DNA of 63,117 nt, filler included, from Pelomyxa schiedti (lineage: Eukaryota > Protista > Evosea), in NCBI GenBank assembly GCA_020536535.1. It is 14 parts of 14 records of this genome, joined end to end, with 100 filler letters (N's around TTAATTAATTAA, not from the genome) between each part and the next. Parts side by side here need not be neighbours in the genome. Positions count along the whole stretch, not along the records: positions 56,089 to 57,235 come from JAHLWZ010002771.1; positions 57,336 to 58,854 come from JAHLWZ010002448.1; positions 58,955 to 63,117 come from JAHLWZ010001629.1; 11 more parts are not named here. One strand, 5' to 3'. Position numbers and translations under genes: made by a program. The notes under the pieces are model-generated. The model searched no databases, had not been told where the DNA came from, and was given only the letters and a program-made list of their open reading frames with translations. Positions 56,109 through 63,117 of the stretch are shown one piece after another. Position 1 is the stretch's first letter; every line of letters starts with the position of its first letter.

Positions 56109-57130
56109 ATGCTCCAGCATGGTATCACATTCCTTGATTCAGAGCGTTCAAGATTCCCAATCATCTTCGCTGAACCAGAGGAACTAGAAGACAAAAAGCG
56201 TGCAGAGTTCGTTTATTCTATACTAGAATCAGGTTCTTGTCCTGCAGTGTTAATGGTGCCCTCAGCACTTTTGGCACTGTATTCAACCGGGAGAACTTCT
56301 GGCCTTGTTGTGGACTGTGGCCAAGCATACACAAGAGTAACTCCAATTTCCGAAGGTATATGAATGCTTGAATTCTTTAGTTGTCACAGTTCCATTGTAT
56401 CTTGGGTTTAAAAGCAATGAAGGTCAAGTGCTTAATACAAGTTGCAGGAAGATACTCCTGGGAGGCAGGGATATAACTCGACACCTTGAAACCTGGAATA
56501 CGCCGTTCCACCAACAAGAATATATCAAGCACAATCTGGCTTATGTTGCCCAAAACTTTGAAACTGAGGTGCAGGTATACAACAACGCATTGTGAGGGTG
56601 TACTTTTTCACTTTTTTTACAAAGGAGAAGCAACCAACTACTTATTCACTTCCTGATGGAGAAACAGTGAAACTAGGCCCCGAATTGATCCAGTTCCACA
56701 CTGCAAACCATACCCAATTTGCTGATGCCAACACAGAACGCCAGAGCCTATGTTCAAACCATCCTTGCTTGAGAGTTTCAGTTCATTTTACATTACTTGG
56801 AATCCTCCACAGGAAGGTGTCCACGGCACATGCCACAGTGCAATTCTCAGCTGCGACCCTGATCTCCAAAAAGTGATGAGCCAAAACACTGGTATTTTCG
56901 AACTCATGCATGCACCACAGTTGATTCTCTTTTTCTCTCTCCAAAAAAAAAAAAAAAAAGTTCTGGCTGGAGGAAATTCTATGTTTCCCGGATTTGCCAA
57001 GAGACTCACACAAGAAATGACCAAACTCGGCACCAAGGTTTGGTTTCCCCCTTACAATGTGAGAACCACCAACCAAATCCTTTTCCAAAGGTGAAAATAA
57101 CTGCTCACACGAACCGGGCTTTTGCCACAT
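56109..57130 (+). CDS. Divergent actin or actin-related protein (multi-exon, 5' truncated)
   Basis: ALLALYSTGRTSGLVVDCGQAYTRVTPISEG, LGGRDIT, IKHNLAYVAQNFE, YSLPDGETVKLGPE, AILSCDPDLQK, VLAGGNSMFPGFAKRL. Confidence 0.88.
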
Positions 57131-57335
57131 GGATAGGTTTCTTCTTTGCTTCATTGACTTGGGTTTTTTTTTATTTGGGGTGTTGCTGATATACCAGGAC
57201 AAACTATCAAACTAACAAGACCACACAGGTGGCTGNNNNNNNNNNNNNNNNNNNNNNNNNNNNNNNNNNNNNNNNNNNNTTAATTAATTAANNNNNNNNN
57301 NNNNNNNNNNNNNNNNNNNNNNNNNNNNNNNNNNN

Positions 57336-57851
57336 CACGTGGGCATCTCCAGAAGGCAGGTGTCAGTCAGGACTCATTCTTTCAACAACACAGGAGTTGC
57401 ATTCCAGAAAACATCCACCACATGTTTTCACACTCTATGATGGTGTCAGTGGTTGTGTCCTTGGTTCTTTCTCTGTTCCTCAACACTTGTTCTTCTGAAA
57501 ACGAAATGATAGATTCTGCTGTTTTCTGATCACTTGCTACGGAGAAATAATAATCATGGGACAGTGACGCTGTGTCATGAAGTGTGAAAACAACACAAAG
57601 TGTGAGGTTCCCAGTGTGATACACCTTGAACTGGAACGAGTCACTGCTGGATGATGAGAGCTTAGATTGTGTGAATACTTGTAAACACACGAATAGAGGG
57701 ACCCATCAGGCATCCACACCACACTCCCCCAGGGGGTTGTTGCAAACAGTGGGTCATGGAAAGTCAATGAGCCTAAGGCAAAGCTGGCAGCCAAACACAC
57801 TGCCATCATTTGTGACTTGGCCGATGTTAGTGGTTGTTGTTTGGACCTCAC
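57336..57851 (-). CDS. Lineage-expanded family protein, divergent from its paralogue at 58317
   Basis: Begins TSAKSQMMAVC, matching TSAKSQVIAVC of the 58317 ORF. Confidence 0.45.
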
Positions 57852-58316
57852 TTTGAGTTGTTGTCAACAGAGACAGTTGATTCCGCAGCCCAACTGCAAC
57901 ATTGATTCACCACAATCAATCAGAGAAAAAGACCAGATAACAAGATTAGATTGGTTCCGAACAACCGTCACCCAATTGACAAAGACTTGCAGACGTAGGG
58001 CTCGCCGGATCTGAGTGACAACCACGGCGATTTCGCGGACGGCTATTTCACAACAATCCGTTTCATTGAATGCCGCCGTTGGAACTTAGTGAAGAACAAA
58101 GAAAGAGATAATAATAAATAATCGTGGGTTCTGTTGATCTGGTACCACGCAGTGTAGTTCGAGAGGAATAGATCCTCTCGAGGAAGGATTCTGCAGACTG
58201 TTTATCAGGTGGGGTTGATATAAGTTATCTCTGAACATAACCCTAACTGGGGTGGCCAAGTGCTACGTTGGACGCCTTTTTCCAGAAAGTAATCAAAAAG
58301 TCTTCGACGGTGCTGG

Positions 58317-58854
58317 ATGGGACAGCACCAAAGCCAAACGACGACGACGGCAACAACAACTACGACTACTACGACTTCGGCCAAGTCACAAGTGATCGCT
58401 GTGTGCTGTTGCTGTGTCACAAGGTGCTCCGGAAACAGCAGTCCCACAATGCAGGAATGGGCACGCTCACCGCCCCTCATCAGGCAGTGGGCCCGCGACT
58501 GGGTGCTGTGGCCCCAGAGGGACGCCGTGTTCGAGCTGCCGGTGTGGCGCCACAACAACCCGGCAACCAGGCTGTGCCTGGCCGTCAGTGTGTCGCCGAC
58601 GCTCGGTGTTGTCACTTGGTCGGTGTTCAGGTGCGATTACTGCGTTGTGATGGGGTGCGTGGGGACCAACGCAATCCTGTGTTCGAACTTGATGCGTGCT
58701 GCTCTGGCTCTGGGCTCATCTGCGTCGACTTGCCATTTCAGAGTGATGAGCGTTGCTGGCGAAGAGGGAAGAGGCGACATCATCACGAACTGTCTGGAGC
58801 CAAGAGAGGACAAGATGGTGGCGTGGTCGTTCAAGTCTGAGTTCGAGAGGTTGC
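58317..58854 (+). CDS. Lineage-expanded family protein, N-terminal part
   Basis: TSAKSQVIAVCCCCVTRCSGNSSP...WARDWVLWPQRDAVFEL...VSVSPTLGVV. Truncated by a linker. Confidence 0.65.
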
Positions 58855-59570
58855 NNNNNNNNNNNNNNNNNNNNNNNNNNNNNNNNNNNNNNNNNNNNTT
58901 AATTAATTAANNNNNNNNNNNNNNNNNNNNNNNNNNNNNNNNNNNNNNNNNNNNAAGCTGGATACCTGTTTGTAGAAACAGCCAATGCCATAGAAGTAAG
59001 GGAGCAAAGCTCTAATACACTCGTTTTGTTGTTGGAAGTCGACGACGCAAACATCTCCCAAATTGTGTCCAAGTCGCTTTAAGAAAAAAAATAGCATTTT
59101 CTTTTGCATTCAGTCCCACCAGAGAAAGAAAGAATGGTGTTCACTAATCTAGTCCACACCAAAGGTGCGTACGAATATTCGATGTTGAATAAAATTCGAT
59201 TTGTTTTTTGACCAGTCGAATAACAGATACGGTTATGGGCACCCATGAGGCGACATCTAGTGGGGAGTGAGGATGAAGGACACCCGTTTTGTGACAACCG
59301 CTTCGGCTGTTCCCGACCATTGCACATCTCAACCTGGCGCACCCACTGGGGGCCGACCCCACCAATCACCCCCAGAAAAAGGGCTCGCAACAACAAAGGG
59401 TCCCAAGTTTCATCTCAATCACAAAGTACCAAACGCCATCGTGGAGGTTCACCTTTGGCGCACACCCAGACCTTGTCTCACAACCATACAAACTTTAACA
59501 CCTCCTCCTCCACTTTTTGTTACGTCAGGACCACCCTCAGCACTACCAGAAGGCCCCTCATCACTAAGAC

Positions 59571-60029
59571 CCTCGATAGAAGGAGGAATACCCATGCTCT
59601 TCGAAGGAAGGAGCCATAAAAAAGGAAAGCCAATACCCCTTTTGCTAGAAAGAGGAGGCATAAGGATTGCCAACACCCTCAGTAGAAGGAGGGCAATGTC
59701 CTCGATAGAAGGAGGAAGCTGGAGGAAAGCCAATGCCCCTCTGACAGAAAGAGGCGGTGTAAGGATTGCCAATGCTCCTCAATAGAAGGAGGAATATCAA
59801 GTCTCCTCGATAGAAGGAGGTAGAAGGAAATTGGGCTATTGCTCCTCAATAGAAGGAGGATGGAAAAACCACTCTTCAATAGCAGGAGGAGTTGCTCCTC
59901 GGTAGGAGGAGGTAGAAGGAAACTGGTCCTCGATAGAAGGAGGATAGGAAACCACTCTTCGATAGAAGGAGTTGCTCCTCGGCAGAAGGAGGAGGTAGGA
60001 GAAGTAAACTGCTCCTCGATAGAAGGAGG
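59571..60029. repeat. Degenerate minisatellite, about 11 copies of CTCCTC(G/A)ATAGAAGGAGG with irregular, related spacers
   Basis: Copies at about 59571, 59677, 59699, 59775, 59803, 59842, 59872, 59895, 59927, 59955, 59975, 60012. Confidence 0.85.
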
Positions 60030-60649
60030 AGAGGGACATTGAGGACCCCAGCACATGGAAACCACAGCAAAGGGACCAAGGATGAAGACGAGGAGGCAAG
60101 CACACAGGAACAGACTGTGACCAGAACAAGGGACCCCAGAGCATGGAGCAAGGGAAGAGTTGGAGCAGGGCACTCCCACGCAGCATCAAGGCTGAGCAGA
60201 ATTGAGGAGCAGGTCACAGCCCAAGAGACAGCCTCTTCTGAGGACTCTGTTGCCAACATGCAACTGGGAGCAAGAGCAGTAATGGCAGGCAATCCCACTC
60301 TGGAGGGTGAGGGAGGGCAACATTGGGAGTGACGGAAAAGGAAGCTAGTAACTGAAAGGAGGGCAGCCCAAAATTCCCAAACCACGTGCAGCACAGGAGG
60401 AGAGACATAATTCTGGCTGGCGTGAGACCCCACTAATTTAGAATGATGGGAGAGCAGGAGCCAGCTCAGACCAGGAAGCACCCATGACATACAGACACTT
60501 GTCGATTCGGTCTCATGCCAATCTGCACCGCAATCCTATTTTGCACTAATTCACGTACGCCGATCCACACCAATCTGTGCTGACTGCACCGGCAATGACC
60601 TGTCAGCCCCACTCCCTCTGGTTTGCTTTGATTTTCCTGACCGCGACAG

Positions 60650-61260
60650 TCTACTCCTGTCCACTCGGTTTCACTGCGGCTCACCCTGGTTCACCCAGAT
60701 TCACTGCGTTTCACCCCAGTTCACCCCGCTTTGCTCTGCTCAATCTGATCCACCCTGAACCGACCTGGTTCAGTTCTGGTTTTCCCCAGTGGCTCACCCA
60801 CCCATCCCAGTTTGTTGTGTTCCACCGGCTCACCCTGTTTCGCTCCATTTCGCTTCATTCCGTCCCGACCATCCAGAAGGAGACGGTATACACTGACAAT
60901 CAACACCAACCTGACGGAATACGGCAGACCAACGCTGTTTGCTCTATTCTACTCCGGCTTCCCTCTGTTTTACTCCGTTCCGCTTCGTTTTACTCCATCC
61001 CACTCCACTTTATTTGGCTCCGCTCCGCCTTCGGCTCCACTCCGCTTTACTCGCCCCGTTTCCGCCAGCTTTACTCCGCTCCGGTCCGTTTTCGCCCCGC
61101 TTTACTTCGCTCCGCTTTACTCCGCTCCGGTTCATTTTCGCCCTGCTCTACTCCGCTCCGCTCAGTTTTGCTCCCCCTTACTCCACTCTGCCCCGCTTCG
61201 CTCCGTTTTCCTTCGCCTTACTCAGCTGTACATCGCTTTACTCTATTCTGCCCCGTTTAC
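60650..61260. repeat. Degenerate 5-bp-period pyrimidine-rich satellite (TTCAC, then CTCCG/CTTTA units)
   Basis: Runs such as TTTACTCCGCTCCG recur throughout. Confidence 0.75.
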
Positions 61261-61966
61261 TTTGCCTTCTCCAACTCACTCCAATTGCGGCGATTTACAG
61301 CCGTTAAAAAATGGAGAGCAATTCCAAAGTCTCACCAGTGGCAATTCTGAAAATTGGATAGTCACTGCCACACTGGTAAACAAACAACACACAACACATC
61401 TATATACTACTAACCATGGTGTTGTGTGTGCTCAGCTTCATATCGGTATTTTAATTCACAAAAGTAACATAAGGATACATACTCGAGGAAATGGAATGGA
61501 GAATGTTGTTACTTACTGGGTGCTAGAGAGTTAGGTGGGCAGAGAAGCAAGAGAGGAATTGAAGGCAGTAAAAGCTTTTTCACAAACAATGGGCTTTTTG
61601 GAACATGCTCAGCCAAAAGATATCACAGTACTTTCCAAATTCACTCCTGAGAGCACATCATAGGGTTGTTTTGCTTGATATTCCCTTGGGTTGAGAGAGT
61701 TGTCAAGTTGCTCCAACAACTTCGCTTTCTCCATAAAGAGTAGGGTGCCAATCCTTCACTCACTCCATTTGTTGTGCTTGGGATATAGCCAAACAAAAAC
61801 AAAATCTTGCCATTACGTTAGGGATACAGGTAAACTTATGGAGTATTACTGAGGAATTTGCTCAGCATTACGAAGTTGTGCAACCTCATGTGTTGGGAGT
61901 ATGCCCTGTATGTGAAACTATGAACTCATGCAATAGTCTCGTGCTTTCGATGGGAGGGGAAGGCAC

Positions 61967-62250
61967 TCATATAAACCTCAAATTGCAGTAACACTTCGAG
62001 AAGTGATTTTGCACCTGAATCGAGCTATCAACATCAAGAAAGCACATGTTCACTGCATCATCTGCTGCGCCTTGACCCGTTTCTGGTAGGTTCTTCATAT
62101 CATCAGAAAAGTAGTGTATTGCAGTGGCGAAGCCGATACTTTCAGCCACCGCCAAGTATGGCAATGAAGATGCAGTTACAGTGACGGCACATAACGCGCA
62201 AAGGCAATTGGCATCCGCAGCAGCATCAATGACAACGAGTTGGAAGGGGC
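61967..62250 (-). CDS. Possible coding exon of unknown protein
   Basis: Non-repetitive open frame VVIDAAADANCLCALC...FSKCYCNLRFI* adjoining the microsatellite. Confidence 0.25.
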
Positions 62251-62254
62251 CGCA

Positions 62255-62840
62255 CAGCACGCACACAGCACGCACACACAGCACGCACAGCACACAGCGC
62301 ACAGCGCACACACACACACACACACACACCACACCACACCACACCACACCACACCACACCACACCACACCACACCACACCACACCACACCACACCACACC
62401 ACACCACACCACACCACACCACACCACACACACACACCACACACACAGCACACACACAGCACACACACCACACACACAGCACACACACAGCACACACACC
62501 ACACACACAGCACACACACACCACACACACAGCACACACACACCACACACACAGCACACACACACCACACACACAGCACACACACAGCACACACACAGCA
62601 CACACACCACACACACACAGCACACACACAGCACACACACCACACACACAGCACACACACACAGCACACACACAACACACACACACACGCACGCACGCAC
62701 ACAGCACGCACGCACACAGCACGCACGCACACAGCACGCTCGCACACAGCACGCACAGCACGCACAGCACGCACACACACAGCACGCACGCACACAGCAC
62801 ACACACACACAGCACACACACACACAGCACACAACACAGA
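62255..62840. repeat. Compound CA-rich microsatellite: (CA)n, (ACCAC)n, CACAG and GCAC units
   Basis: Directly visible, including a long uninterrupted ACCAC run at about 62327-62430. Confidence 0.97.
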
Positions 62841-63117
62841 CGAGAACGAGAATTAGGAGAATCCCTCATCCCCTTCGTACGAACGGTTCGCAGTCCTGCC
62901 GGGTATACTACACCCCTTCATCCCTAAACCTACTAGGAGGGAAAAAAAAAAATCGCACATCTTTTTTGGTGTTCTTGTTTTGTTTGGACTGGAATGTAGG
63001 CAGTAATCCCCTGCCACTACATCTAGTTCATTTATTCCGCTCGGTCATCGTGTGTGCAATGGACTGTGTACCGTGGGATCTTTGCTTGTGGACGATGCGG
63101 GTGTTGTGTTTGGTGCT

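Noticed and set aside
59571-60029. CRISPR-like array of palindromic repeats
   Set aside because: Repeats are degenerate, spacers are irregular and related to each other, there are no cas genes, and the context is eukaryotic.
62124-62927. Long Cys/Val- or His/Thr-rich ORFs
   Set aside because: Products of the CA microsatellite, which lacks stops in several frames.

Overview
Eukaryotic (protist) genomic DNA with a standard genetic code and short GT-AG introns. The style of its lineage-expanded families suggests an archamoeba such as Pelomyxa; this is an inference only. The window is not one locus. Thirteen 100-bp N44-TTAATTAATTAA-N44 linkers join 14 separate scaffolds, and six pure-N gaps lie inside scaffolds. 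Housekeeping or ordinary content: nicotinate phosphoribosyltransferase, a RhoGAP-WW-PH protein, ankyrin-like, F-box-like and LRR proteins, a divergent actin, a divergent eEF2 paralogue, and satellites. The notable part is the 32-kb scaffold at 12223-44198, a duplicated NTPase/vWA cluster. It contains two giant (~2,800-2,900 aa) proteins built as N-terminal P-loop GTPase - long helical region - SecA-like SF2 helicase - vWA. Each sits head-to-head with a vWA - linker - IFI44-like GTPase gene. The second giant has lost its helicase catalytic motifs. A predicted 46-nt intron (37989-38034) appears to fuse it in frame to a complete vWA-IFI44 module, a Rosetta-stone link between the two families. The cluster also holds a GTPase with an RBR-RING2-like zinc motif, a fourth vWA paralogue, a hAT transposase relic and gene-conversion-like identical tracts. 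I interpret it as a candidate uncharacterised cell-autonomous immunity/conflict system. The domain calls are by motif recognition and the function is inference.
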